Below are positions 48,251-58,020 of a stretch of DNA of 64,000 nucleotides, in pieces. Numbering within the stretch: the first letter of the stretch is position 1; every line of letters begins with the position of its first letter. The stretch lies in NCBI GenBank assembly GCA_052390235.1, contig JBQTHB010000002.1, positions 352,001 to 416,000 on the forward strand, read 5' to 3'. Under the pieces are notes generated by a model, which saw nothing but the letters and a program-made list of their open reading frames with translations, was not told the origin of the DNA and did not search any database. A program made the position numbers and the translations under genes. Source of the stretch: Deltaproteobacteria bacterium. Lineage in GTDB: Bacteria; Desulfobacterota_D; UBA1144; Nemesobacterales; CSP1-2.

Positions 48251-49966
48251 GTGAAAATATCGGTTGTTATTCCGACCTATAATGAGTCCCTGAGGATTGC
48301 GCAAACGGTTGCCTGCGTGAAATCTCTCGCCGGAGATTTCGAGATTATTATCGTTGACGGTCAAAGCTCGGATGGGACGGCGCAAATTGCCCGGAGTTTA
48401 GGAGTCCGCGTAATAGAATCTGAGCGGGGCAGGGGGGAGCAGATGAACCGAGGGGCGGAGCTTGCTACGGGAGAGGTTTTGCTGTTCCTACACGCCGATA
48501 CCCGCCTCCCCTACGGGGCTTCGGCGCTTATTGAAAACGCCCTCGCCGATGGGCGCGTTGCGGGCGGATGTTTTCGCCTGAGCTTTGACGCCTCTCACCC
48601 CGGACTTCGGCTCTTCTCCTACCTGAGCCGATTCTCTTTCCCTCTGTTCCACTGCGGGGACGCCGCCTATTTCGTCCGACGAGCGGCGTTTGAAGACCTG
48701 GGGTGTTTTCGCCCCTATCCGATAATGGAGGATGTGGATTTCTGGTTCAGGATGTGGCGAGGGCATAGGACTGTGATTATTTCTAATCCCGTTGTTACCT
48801 CCGCAAGACGCTTCCTCGCACATGGGGTGATGAGAGCGCAGTCGCTAAATATTCTCCTCGTTCTGCTATATCTCATCGGCGTAAGCCCCTATCAACTAAA
48901 GAGATTCTACCCCGAGGTTCGGCAGTCTCCGCCGTTCCCTCCTGCGGGCTTTACACCTGTGGCGCAGGCGCGCTACATGGCGAGAACCCTCTGGCGCTGG
49001 GCTTATTCAAATGTCCACCTCGCCATTCAAACCTATTACGTCCTTGATTTTATGTGGATTCACAGGCTTAAGGCCGGACTCCTCGCCGATACCCACCCCT
49101 GGGCTACAGGCATCATCCCGGGCAGAGGCGGCGAAGTTGTCTGGGATAAAAATATCGTCTTTGCCACTCCCGTAAAATCCGGCGGCTGGATTGGTATTCC
49201 CCCAGACCCGGACACCGTTATTGTCTGCCGTATAGGAAAATTTCTAACCACGATGGTAAAACGCTCAATTCCCACCGACCCTGAGATACCGCAAGGCGCG
49301 GCGCGGCGAATGCCGCACGGCGTCAATTACATTCACGGCTCGATAAACTACAACGGCGGCTACATCCTCTTCAACGACTTCCAAGAGGGGATGAGCTACT
49401 TCTCGGACGATGGCTTCGTGGAGGAGTTTAAGCGTTTTGCCAAGGCTGAAAAACGCGAGCTGACCGTGGTGTTCCGCGAGAGAGCATACGACCCAGAGGA
49501 ATTCGCCTGGTTTGTAGCCTTTGTGCGCGCGCATCTGCCTTGGTACGCAAACGGCAACGGCCCCACGAAAAAGCGCGTGCTTTGGGGAACCCCTAGCCCC
49601 TATGCGGCAGTCAATCCGATAAGCGGCGCATGGGTACTGGATATGCAGCGACTCTACCGCGGCGAGATGGACAAAATAGTGAGGCCTCCGATAGCAGAGC
49701 GGTATTTTCAGGGTCAATACGGGGGAGGCAGGAGCGAATATTCGTTTATGGAGAGATTCCATGCATGGGCGATGAGCCTCATCATAGCCGCTAAAGGTTT
49801 TCAGGGGGGGCTCGTGTTCACAAAGCGCAGGAGAATTGAGCCTGAGAATTGGCGCAAATATCAAAAAACCGGCGGCGCGTGGCAGTCGAGCTATTCTGTA
49901 TCACACCCCTTCAGGCGAATAGAATCAGCCAGGGCTAGGAGGAAGAAACCCGATTCCTCATCCTGA
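48251..49966 (+). CDS. GT2 glycosyltransferase (TIGR04283-like) fused to unknown C-terminal domain
   Basis: ISVVIPTYNE, VDGQSSD, GRGEQMNRGA, FLHAD, MEDVDF, TSARRF in first ~225 aa; ~340 aa unrecognised remainder. Confidence 0.8.
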   Translation: MKISVVIPTYNESLRIAQTVACVKSLAGDFEIIIVDGQSSDGTAQIARSLGVRVIESERGRGEQMNRGAELATGEVLLFLHADTRLPYGASALIENALADGRVAGGCFRLSFDASHPGLRLFSYLSRFSFPLFHCGDAAYFVRRAAFEDLGCFRPYPIMEDVDFWFRMWRGHRTVIISNPVVTSARRFLAHGVMRAQSLNILLVLLYLIGVSPYQLKRFYPEVRQSPPFPPAGFTPVAQARYMARTLWRWAYSNVHLAIQTYYVLDFMWIHRLKAGLLADTHPWATGIIPGRGGEVVWDKNIVFATPVKSGGWIGIPPDPDTVIVCRIGKFLTTMVKRSIPTDPEIPQGAARRMPHGVNYIHGSINYNGGYILFNDFQEGMSYFSDDGFVEEFKRFAKAEKRELTVVFRERAYDPEEFAWFVAFVRAHLPWYANGNGPTKKRVLWGTPSPYAAVNPISGAWVLDMQRLYRGEMDKIVRPPIAERYFQGQYGGGRSEYSFMERFHAWAMSLIIAAKGFQGGLVFTKRRRIEPENWRKYQKTGGAWQSSYSVSHPFRRIESARARRKKPDSSS

Positions 49967-51061
49967 ACCCCGCGCGCTATGACCCGACTCGCGAGCGATG
50001 CGTGATGCAACGTATTGCGCGTCTCGCGCTATGCCGCGAATATAGGGCGATGCAAAGGTTCTGCCGAATCGAAAGCCGAGGAGATATAACCCCGGAGTCC
50101 TAGTGCTCTGCGCGCAGCAGACAATTGGGCGTCCGTCCGGGTCATAATCCAAAAGCCCTGCTAGATGCGCCCGTCCGTAGTCAAAGCCCGTTGCAAAGGC
50201 AACGAAATCAGGCTTGAGCCTGCTGCCAGAGGGGAATGTTAGAGAATCCCCTTCATACCGCGCAGGAGCGGGGAAGAGCCGAATCAGTCCCTTTTTTATT
50301 GCTGGAAGCACGCGCGTTGCGTTCATCGGCTCAGGTATTCGCCCTGCCCTCCAGCCCAAAATCCAGGAGGGAATCCTCTCTGGCAGCGAAACCCAGTAGT
50401 GAATATCAAGCCCGAAAATCGGATTTTTAAACCCCCTGAACCGAGACCTCAAGCAGATACAAGCCTCTGCGCCCTCGCCCCTAACATCGAGCCAAAGGTC
50501 TAAAACCTCGGCGGCAGAAGCCCCGCCTCCGACTACGGCGACGCTCTTTGCCCCGGCTAAATCCTCGGCTCGCGTATCAATGCTGTGCTTCCATCGGAAA
50601 CTGCACCGTTTAGAATCGAAAATATCGGGCAATTTCGGATGCCGGATGATTCCCGTCGCGTTGATTACGTGGCTTGCGGCGAGGGTTTCGGCAATATTTC
50701 CCCCTCGGACGGTTTCAACGATGAATTGAGACGAGAGGCGTATTACCTTTAAAACCTCGGTATCGGTTGTTATGCGAATCCCCTCGGCGGATATGTATTT
50801 CTCAAGCAGTCCGATGAATTCACCCATTGAGGGATAATCGGGACAATCCGAGCTAATATCCATTTCCTCAAGCCGCGAGAAGCGTTTAGGAGAGAGCAGA
50901 CGCATTTGCGGGTCAACGCGCCTGAGAGCAAAGAGCGGCTCTGCCCCCGCCTCAAGAAGCGTATATACCACGCCCCTCCTACTCAGCGCTCCCGCCGCCG
51001 CAACGCCCGCAGGACCAGCGCCGATGATTACTACGCGCTTCGGCAAGTTGCGAGTGTTCAT
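49958..51061 (-). CDS. Flavin-dependent monooxygenase-like oxidoreductase (FMO/CzcO/ArsO-like)
   Basis: GAGPAG, ATG, HS, VVGGGASA, ATGF, PGLYLLG. Confidence 0.85.
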   Translation of the reverse strand: MNTRNLPKRVVIIGAGPAGVAAAGALSRRGVVYTLLEAGAEPLFALRRVDPQMRLLSPKRFSRLEEMDISSDCPDYPSMGEFIGLLEKYISAEGIRITTDTEVLKVIRLSSQFIVETVRGGNIAETLAASHVINATGIIRHPKLPDIFDSKRCSFRWKHSIDTRAEDLAGAKSVAVVGGGASAAEVLDLWLDVRGEGAEACICLRSRFRGFKNPIFGLDIHYWVSLPERIPSWILGWRAGRIPEPMNATRVLPAIKKGLIRLFPAPARYEGDSLTFPSGSRLKPDFVAFATGFDYGRAHLAGLLDYDPDGRPIVCCAQSTRTPGLYLLGFRFGRTFASPYIRGIARDAQYVASRIARESGHSARGSG

Positions 51062-51223
51062 CTACTTTCTCCTCCGAAATATAATCAATTATACCGTTTT
51101 CATTGGCGGGTTCGGATGTAGCGTAGGCGGGGCAGTGATTCGGCAACTCGTCCTAGAGGGAATCCATCGTTCATCTAGGCATATATTGGATATGTCATAG
51201 AATCGCCTAAAAATGGGTTAGGA

Positions 51224-52177
51224 CTAGAGGTTTTCCCTCAAAACCCGAAGGAAATTGCCGCCCATGATTTTTCTCACGCGCCCTTCGGAGTACCCTCTGT
51301 CCAGAAAATAGCGGGCGATTTTTGGAATATCGGCGACGGTCTGAATCTCTTTGGGGAAGTCCCGCGCATCTGCGCCGTCCAAATCGCTCCCGATGCCCAG
51401 GTGGTCTTCGCCGCAGAGATTTATTATATAATCCGCGTGGATAAAAATGTCCTCAAGCGCTGGACTCTCTCCTCCTTTTTTGATGAAATAGTTATATAGC
51501 ACGAGCCCTACGACCCCGCCGCGCTTCGAGACTGCCAGAATCTGCTCGTCCCGCAGGTTTCTCGGATGGTCGCAAACCGAGCGCGCGTTCGAGTGAGACG
51601 CTATCGGAGCGAGCGAGGTTTCATTTATTGCCTCCCAAAAGCCCCGCTCGTTGAGGTGCGAGAGGTCGAGCGTAATGCGCAGGCGATTCATCTCCCGAAT
51701 TAACTCCCGCCCTGCGTCGCTGAGACCGGAGTCGGTGTTGTTGCCGGATGCGTATTGGTTTCTATCATTCCACGCAAGCCCGATGATTCTCACCCCTCGC
51801 CTGTAAAATTCCCCGAGATGTTCCGGCTCGGGGATTGCGTCGGCTCCCTCCATCAGGGTCAGAAAGCCGATTTTACCGCCCCCAAAACGCGCTAGGTCGC
51901 CTACACTCCGAACTTGAAAAACGTCGTCTCCGTGGGTTTTGTAAATCTCGTCGTAGATTGCGAGCTGACTGAGGGCAACCTCAGTTGTTCTGTGAGGCTT
52001 AAACTCCGCGGGAACGTAAATCGTGTTGAACACAAGCCCAATGCCGCCTTGCTTGAGCCACGGCAGGGTTATCTGGCACGGAATTTGGGGGCTAATGAAA
52101 TCCCGACGAAAGTAGCTGAGGTGATAGGCGATGTCCTCGTGAGCGTCAACGATGAATAAATTTTTCATTCCCAGCAT
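51224..52177 (-). CDS. Membrane dipeptidase (M19 family)
   Basis: DAHED, MEGAD, DLSH, SHSN, RNL.DEQ, GSDLDG. Confidence 0.92.
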   Translation of the reverse strand: MLGMKNLFIVDAHEDIAYHLSYFRRDFISPQIPCQITLPWLKQGGIGLVFNTIYVPAEFKPHRTTEVALSQLAIYDEIYKTHGDDVFQVRSVGDLARFGGGKIGFLTLMEGADAIPEPEHLGEFYRRGVRIIGLAWNDRNQYASGNNTDSGLSDAGRELIREMNRLRITLDLSHLNERGFWEAINETSLAPIASHSNARSVCDHPRNLRDEQILAVSKRGGVVGLVLYNYFIKKGGESPALEDIFIHADYIINLCGEDHLGIGSDLDGADARDFPKEIQTVADIPKIARYFLDRGYSEGRVRKIMGGNFLRVLRENL

Positions 52178-52309
52178 CCCCTAGGCGATTGAGTCCGCGC
52201 TAATATTATAGTGAATCACAAATTATCATGATGATTTGACTCTGCTTGGGCTAGATTCCCGGTGAAATACCTGCTACAGGCTCTGCCAGATGAGATGGAT
52301 TGGGATTAT

Positions 52310-53527
52310 CTAGTAAAACCCCATGCTTGCGTAGCTTACAACCGACCCTGTCTCCGGCTCAAGGGCTTGTCCGTAGTCGAGCAGAGTCCCCCGCTCTGCG
52401 GCTACAGTTGAGAGGAGGGCGTAAATGGACGAGAGTCCGCAGATTTTTCGCTTGTCCTTTTCCTCCTCGACGGTTCTGTAAAACCCCTCGGCATCGAGCT
52501 TCTCGGCAAAACCGAGGCTGAGGGTGTCCCTTTGGCTAATCCACCGAAGCGTGGACGGGCTGACTCGCTCGCTGTCGCCGAATTTAAGCCCCACATGAGC
52601 CATATCAGCGCCGGCTACGACGACGGCTCTATCGCCTAGCCCAGCAATAATCTCCGCTATTGCGCCGAGAAACTCCCTCACGCGCCCATTTTTCGAGGGC
52701 GAGGTTCCCTCCTGTACCATCCGGTAGAACGAATTGCAGAGGACGGGAACTATGGTAAATTCCTTGCCGCCAAAAAGATGTCTCAGGAACACGGTTTGAA
52801 ACTCTATTGAATGCTCCTTGCGGTGAAAAATCTCACCCTCGAACAAATCCGAGCCGCAGCGCGCCTGTACATTGTCCATAATTTCAAGGTTGCACTCGGC
52901 TCTGCCAAGCGGGGTGTCGTAGCTTTTGCGGGTGAGTATGAAGGGGTTGTCCACGTCTGCGTAGTGGGAAGCGCCGAAAATAACGAACACATCTGCCTCG
53001 GAATTGAGGATTTCCCTATAGGCGAGGGCATAGGACTTGCCCCCGCGGCTGAAGTCAATGTGAGGCGAGATTATTGCCTTTGCCCGTCCGTTTGATGCGG
53101 CGGCGGGGCGAGTCCTCTGGGCTTCTTGGAAAAACCCATCTAGCCAGCAGGTAAGAGCCTGCCCGTCTGCGGGGTAGGAAATACCTGAGTGGCTAGGCTC
53201 TCTCGCGGCGGATTTGGTAAATCTCTCCTCCTGCTCGGCTTTGCGCGCCCTGAATTTGCCGCTCTCAAGCAGGAGCGCGTCGTCGAGCTGATAAATTAAC
53301 CACTCGATGTCGTCCCGGTGGGCAAGCTCGCCGAATCGCCGCATGAAATCCTGCTGAATGTCGAGGACTGTGCGTTTGCCATCTAGGAGGCTTGCGATAA
53401 AGAGCCCTTCAGGGGACACTAATAAATATTTGCCGCTCAGGTTCTCAGGGTCTCTGAGGCAGATACGATGCTCTCCTTCATGCTCGACGGGAAAGGCTTC
53501 GAGGCGTCTTAACTTAGGCTCTTTCAT
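52310..53527 (-). CDS. MEMO1-family protein (AmmeMemoRadiSam protein B) with N-terminal extension
   Basis: SPHID, EHSIEFQ, ADMAHVG, ICG, SVVSYAS. Confidence 0.87.
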   Translation of the reverse strand: MKEPKLRRLEAFPVEHEGEHRICLRDPENLSGKYLLVSPEGLFIASLLDGKRTVLDIQQDFMRRFGELAHRDDIEWLIYQLDDALLLESGKFRARKAEQEERFTKSAAREPSHSGISYPADGQALTCWLDGFFQEAQRTRPAAASNGRAKAIISPHIDFSRGGKSYALAYREILNSEADVFVIFGASHYADVDNPFILTRKSYDTPLGRAECNLEIMDNVQARCGSDLFEGEIFHRKEHSIEFQTVFLRHLFGGKEFTIVPVLCNSFYRMVQEGTSPSKNGRVREFLGAIAEIIAGLGDRAVVVAGADMAHVGLKFGDSERVSPSTLRWISQRDTLSLGFAEKLDAEGFYRTVEEEKDKRKICGLSSIYALLSTVAAERGTLLDYGQALEPETGSVVSYASMGFY

Positions 53528-53628
53528 GAGGCATATTCTACACGAATCCACTCTGGAATTTAAAGTCGGCGGGTGTCGCTTATAAGACGCTTTACAAGTA
53601 TTTTATCTAGGCTATAATCTTCCCCACC

Positions 53629-53733
53629 ATGGAAAAGCACGAAAAAGAAGCGGCGGTCTATATTGCGGGCATCGTGGGGCTGATAGCGGGAATTCTCCTT
53701 CTCGTCTCGCTCACTCACGTCGTCCTTCCATAA
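53629..53733 (+). CDS. Small single-TM protein (34 aa; not in ORF track)
   Basis: MEKHEKEAAVYIAGIVGLIAGILLLVSLTHVVLP*; TTTACA-16-TATAAT directly upstream. Confidence 0.6.
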   Translation: MEKHEKEAAVYIAGIVGLIAGILLLVSLTHVVLP

Positions 53734-53743
53734 GCGATACCGC

Positions 53744-54235
53744 CTAAGAGCTAACCCATTTCACTATATGAACTATTAGCTCTTCCGGGCTGATCGGCGG
53801 GTTGCTGGCAGCCTCGAGCATGAGGCGGCCCCCGGATTTAACGGCGGAGAGTTTTATTAGCTGCCTCGCGTTTTTAAATATCCCCTCCGAGCCGTCTTTC
53901 TTCTTTCCAAGCGCTAGGACTTCATTCGCCTCGCTGATTAGAAATACCGCGAATCTGTCGCGTCCTATAAGGCAAAAACCCAGCGTTGCTCCGGCGGAAT
54001 TAATCATCAGCCCTAAAATCTCCTCCGATATTTCATGCGCCGAGAGCGTTTCCGCCCCAGAGATTTCGTTATAGGTATGCGCCCCCAATGTGGCGAGATT
54101 CAGGAGAGCGCCGAGGGTTTCTCTCATCTCGGCGTTAGGCTCGCAGGCCTGAGCTTCGGGCGAGGGCGCGGGGGAATTTTTTTTGTTTGCATTTGCGATT
54201 TTTCGTATCTCGTCCTCGAAATTCACGGTATTCAC
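53744..54235 (-). CDS. Hypothetical protein
   Basis: 163 aa ORF, GAGGAG SD before GTG. Confidence 0.6.
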   Translation of the reverse strand: MNTVNFEDEIRKIANANKKNSPAPSPEAQACEPNAEMRETLGALLNLATLGAHTYNEISGAETLSAHEISEEILGLMINSAGATLGFCLIGRDRFAVFLISEANEVLALGKKKDGSEGIFKNARQLIKLSAVKSGGRLMLEAASNPPISPEELIVHIVKWVSS

Positions 54236-54279
54236 TCTCCTCGGAGGGCTGATTTTCTCGAATCCGGTATAATCACCCC

Positions 54280-54606
54280 ATGAAAATAAATATCGCAGGC
54301 GACGCGGCTTTCATCGGCGAGCTAACGACTGTGGGAAGAATAACGGGCAAAAGCCGCGCGGTAAAACTCAGGCTCGTCCGCCTAGGCGGGAAATTCTACG
54401 CCTCCCGCACATCTCACAGCGGCGACTGGCTTCTAAACCTATTGGCGAATCCCGAAGTGTCGGTGCGCACAGGCGAAGGGGTTATTGCGGGACGCGCCGC
54501 TTTGGTCGAGAACGCCGCCCTTTCGAGGAGAATTTCCGAATTGAAGTACTCTGATGAGCGGCGGGAGCTTGCCAGAGTCGTCGTCGAGATAACGCCCGCC
54601 GGCTAA
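54280..54606 (+). CDS. Split-barrel nitroreductase-family (DUF385/Ddn-like) protein
   Basis: LTTVGRITGK.R, DWLLNLLANP.V motifs. Confidence 0.78.
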   Translation: MKINIAGDAAFIGELTTVGRITGKSRAVKLRLVRLGGKFYASRTSHSGDWLLNLLANPEVSVRTGEGVIAGRAALVENAALSRRISELKYSDERRELARVVVEITPAG

Positions 54607-54661
54607 AAAACGTAAAGACCGGGGCTGTGCCCTCTTCACTGCCTTCGTCGCGGTTTTGGAA

Positions 54662-55420
54662 TCAGGCGGCTCCTCTTAGGTAGAGGTCGGTAAAGCGGTT
54701 TGGTTTCTCGCTGTCCTGATGTCTCGCCGCCATCCGAAGCCCCGCCCGATGCAGAATCTCCCTGCCAGCGGCAACATCTCCAAATTCGGCGTGCCATTCG
54801 ATAATCACGGCTGACACCTCTGAGAGCGACTCGGAGTAGCTCTCAAGGAACATAAACTCGCCCCCTTCAATATCAATTTTAAGAAAGCACGGATTCGCCC
54901 CTAGGCTCTGTGTCAAATCGGCGAATTTCAGATTCATCTCACTGACCTCGCCCCTTTTATGCTTCTCCGCCGCGAGGCTTGACCCGTACGGCTTCTGGGC
55001 GGATTCAAAAAAACGAGCCTCTCCCGACTTTAGTCCGGCGAGGGCGTGAATCAGGCGGTACGAGTTGGAATCGAGGTTTCTGCTCATATTTCCCTCAAGC
55101 TCCGAGAAATTCACGGGCGATGGCTCAACGAGCGTGTATGAAACCCGCCCCCAGCCTAGAACTCCTATTCTCCTGAGGTGTTCGATGAGGAGCGAAAATA
55201 GCCCGATGCCAGCGCCCAAATCGAGAACCGACACGGATTCCAACCTTAGCCCGACCAGGTGCGGCACGAAGGACATATACTCCGATGAGGTGAAAATATC
55301 CCAGAATTTGCGGTTGTCGCGTTTGTGGCGAAGCTGCAGTTTAATGTCCGAACTGAGGCAGACGGTCTGCGGGATGCGCTCGATAATTTTAGTAAGCAGG
55401 GGTCTCCTCGCCTTTGCCAT
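54662..55420 (-). CDS. FkbM family methyltransferase
   Basis: VLDLGAGIG, VEPSP.N, LKIDIEGGE, IEWH. Confidence 0.87.
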   Translation of the reverse strand: MAKARRPLLTKIIERIPQTVCLSSDIKLQLRHKRDNRKFWDIFTSSEYMSFVPHLVGLRLESVSVLDLGAGIGLFSLLIEHLRRIGVLGWGRVSYTLVEPSPVNFSELEGNMSRNLDSNSYRLIHALAGLKSGEARFFESAQKPYGSSLAAEKHKRGEVSEMNLKFADLTQSLGANPCFLKIDIEGGEFMFLESYSESLSEVSAVIIEWHAEFGDVAAGREILHRAGLRMAARHQDSEKPNRFTDLYLRGAA

Positions 55421-55611
55421 AGTTTTGCGCCGCTCCCTCCTTGGGCTTATGGATTTACCGAAACTCACAATACTGGTAGAATGTGAAGACTGTGTTAAGG
55501 CGGATTTAACAGGCGGTGAAGATGCGAGAATTGCCGGCGCTGCCCCGTGTTTTGGATCCGTCTAAACCGCCCAATCTGTAGAAAAAGTAGGAATATTTGG
55601 AGGATTTGCCG

Positions 55612-56856
55612 GTGAATAGAGAAGATATGCTGCGGATAATTTCGGAGCAACCTAAGTGGTATCAAAAAATAAGACTCCCGTTCAACGTTGAAACCCCGGG
55701 CAGAGACCGCGCGAGAGCCGCAACCCTCATATTCCCCGAAAATCTCGGCGGCGCAAGCGTGCTTGACATAGGCTCGGCGGAGGGGTTTTTCTGTATTGAG
55801 GCGAAGAGACAGGGCGCAGGCAGAGTGCTGGGTATAGACCTTGACCGAGACCGCCAGATGACCGCATCTAAAATTGCGGGAGTCCTAAACTTTGACATCG
55901 AATATCGGCATAAAAACGTGATGGACGCTCCGAGCCTCGGCGATTTTGATTATGTCCTCTGCCTCAACATTTTGCACCACGTTACAGACCCGATAGACGC
56001 CATATCCAAACTCATCGGGATGACGAGGAAGAAGCTCACCCTTGAGATAGCCGACATCACAATGGGGATTTCCGACATCGGGCGGAGGAGGAAAAGCTCG
56101 GCGATTTTGGGCTGGTGGGGGTGGTTTTTTAAGCTACTTCCGCCAAATGTGCGGCCCGCCATCCTAGCCGTTGACTCGCGCGGCAGATTTCTCATCACCC
56201 GCAAGTGGATACGCAACCTCATTGAGAGCCAGCGCGCCGACATAGAAAAAATCGCTTTCGAGCAGTCTGACCTCAAGCACAGGTATCTCGTTCTCATCAC
56301 GATGCGCCAGATAAAACGCCTCGCCCTGATTTCGGGCCCAACCCATATTGGCAAGAGCGAATTCACGAGAGGGCTCAAATCGGCGGACGCGCGATTTACC
56401 GGAATTGTCGGCATCAACCCCCAGGACGCAGGATGGCAGGCGATGACGGCGGCGAGACTCATAGGCGGCGTTAATACGGGGCTTCAAAACCTGCTTCTCG
56501 AATATGACATCTGCCGCCCGATACTCCACAGGTATGGGGATTTTGAATTTGACCCCTCGCTGACAATAAAGCGCGTGTCCGAGGCGAAGACGGCTTATGT
56601 GCTTGTCTGCTCGCCGGGCGCATTAGCCGCGAGAGTGCGCAAGGTTTTGGGCGATAATCCAGATAAAGCCTCGAAGCTCAGGAAGAAATCCGAGCGCCTC
56701 ATTTTTGAATACTCCGAGCCGGGAAGGCTCAGAAAGCTCTACTCAGATTGGGTTGCGTACTGCAAATCGAGTGGCTTCGAGCTTAAATTTATTGACGTTA
56801 CACTGCGCGAGCCTAAAGCCGTCAGCGAGGCAGAAGCCATGCTAATTGTCTCCTGA
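55612..56856 (+). CDS. Class I SAM methyltransferase fused to P-loop domain
   Basis: WYQ, TPG, VLDIGSAEGFF, LHHV.DP; second half ALISGPTHIGKS. Confidence 0.8.
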   Translation: MNREDMLRIISEQPKWYQKIRLPFNVETPGRDRARAATLIFPENLGGASVLDIGSAEGFFCIEAKRQGAGRVLGIDLDRDRQMTASKIAGVLNFDIEYRHKNVMDAPSLGDFDYVLCLNILHHVTDPIDAISKLIGMTRKKLTLEIADITMGISDIGRRRKSSAILGWWGWFFKLLPPNVRPAILAVDSRGRFLITRKWIRNLIESQRADIEKIAFEQSDLKHRYLVLITMRQIKRLALISGPTHIGKSEFTRGLKSADARFTGIVGINPQDAGWQAMTAARLIGGVNTGLQNLLLEYDICRPILHRYGDFEFDPSLTIKRVSEAKTAYVLVCSPGALAARVRKVLGDNPDKASKLRKKSERLIFEYSEPGRLRKLYSDWVAYCKSSGFELKFIDVTLREPKAVSEAEAMLIVS

Positions 56857-56869
56857 CACGCTCTCTCGC

Positions 56870-57270
56870 TCCCCCTCTGTCATTTCGATGGAGCGGCGGC
56901 GACTGAAAAATCTTCACGCCCGCGCAATAAGATTCCTCTGTAACGTTCGGAATGACAGGAGTGAGAGGCGTTCGGAATAACAAGAATAACGTTCGGAACG
57001 AGAAGGATAAGACTCGCAGTGGCAGAGCCTGTTTGTCATTCCCGCAGTCTTCAGAGCGGGAATCCACTTCATCCTCATCCTCATCCGCGTCGAAGGGGCG
57101 ATAAAAAAGGGGAGCGAGAGTTTTCACTCCAGCCCCCCTGTGCTGAATTCTGTCTTTGATTTATTGGAAGATTCCTCATCTAACGTCCGGAATGACAAAT
57201 CTAGCCATCACTTCACCCGTTCCCCCTCTGTCATTTCGAGGGAGCGCGTTAGCGACTGAGAAATCCTCGC
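56870..57270. repeat. Mosaic of palindromic intergenic repeats (TGTCATT.../...GGAATGACA) with terminator
   Basis: TGTCATTTCG..GGAGCG..GCGACTGA.AAATC twice, TGTCATTCCCGC...GCGGGAATCC, TCGGAATGACA. Confidence 0.8.
57101..57157 (-). terminator. Terminator within 57-bp direct repeat (copy 1)
   Basis: Minus strand GGGGGGCTGGAG-TGAAAA-CTCTCGCTCCCC-TTTTTT; identical copy at 58313-58369. Confidence 0.7.
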
Positions 57271-57274
57271 CGAA

Positions 57275-57910
57275 TCAAGCCCTTTTTCTTCTACCGAACA
57301 GACCCACAGCGGCTAAGCCTGAGCCGAGCAGTAGAAGCGTCGCAGGTTCAGGAGCGGCGGCTAGAAAATTCAAGTCATCGAGCGTGTATGCGGATCCTCC
57401 TGGAGCCGCTATCGTAACGGACGAGAACGGAATCGTAGAGGTAAATCCGATGAATTGCCCCGTTCCAAATCCCGGGAATGGGTCGAAGAAGCTATCCACT
57501 ACGTCCCCCAGGTCTGTAGTGGCGGTGTGGTCTCCCGTGGCTACGGCAAACGTATTTACCGAGATGCCGAAAGCCGAAATCAGGGTTGGGAACGTGAAGG
57601 TTATGGTGTCGGCGCTTAGAAAAAATCCCACTGTCGTATCCCCTAATCCGTTTGGAGAACTAAGCGGGAGGAAAGAGGCGGTAACAAGGGCGTCTCCCGC
57701 GGAGGAGTTATAAGTAACTCCGTTGAACGAATTCCCGTCGGGGATTACTGTTCCGGCAGCCACTCCGTCGTAGTTTTCGACGGTCGCTCCGGGGACGGCG
57801 GCGGCAAAGGACGCTCTGTCCATAAAGGTAACGATAACTGCTTCGGCTCTGCCTGCGAAACTGAGGGCGATGAGTAGAGCCGATAATGTGAATAAAATTG
57901 AACTTCTCAT
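57275..57910 (-). CDS. PEP-CTERM sorting domain-containing surface protein
   Basis: AAGGAGGTG SD, signal peptide ending AEA, C-terminal APEPATLLLLGSGLAAVGLFGRRKRA. Confidence 0.92.
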   Translation of the reverse strand: MRSSILFTLSALLIALSFAGRAEAVIVTFMDRASFAAAVPGATVENYDGVAAGTVIPDGNSFNGVTYNSSAGDALVTASFLPLSSPNGLGDTTVGFFLSADTITFTFPTLISAFGISVNTFAVATGDHTATTDLGDVVDSFFDPFPGFGTGQFIGFTSTIPFSSVTIAAPGGSAYTLDDLNFLAAAPEPATLLLLGSGLAAVGLFGRRKRA

Positions 57911-57956
57911 GATGCTTACACCTCCTTGATATTTTACATATGTTGTAAATATTATA

Positions 57957-57972
57957 AGCAATAAATGTGCCA
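57957..57972 (-). promoter_or_regulatory. sigma54 (-24/-12) promoter of PEP-CTERM gene
   Basis: Minus strand TGGCACATTTATTGCT matches TGGCAC-N5-TTGC. Confidence 0.85.
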
Positions 57973-58020
57973 AAACGTAAGTGGCTGTAATTGTTATTGA
58001 TTTATTTTTCGTCATTTTAA

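Noticed and set aside
45383..51061. Arsenic resistance or arsenosugar cluster (ArsA + GT + ArsO-like)
   Set aside because: The ATPase is a single-domain Hsp20-tailed type; no arsR, arsB/acr3, arsC, arsM or radical SAM gene is present and the genes are not co-oriented.
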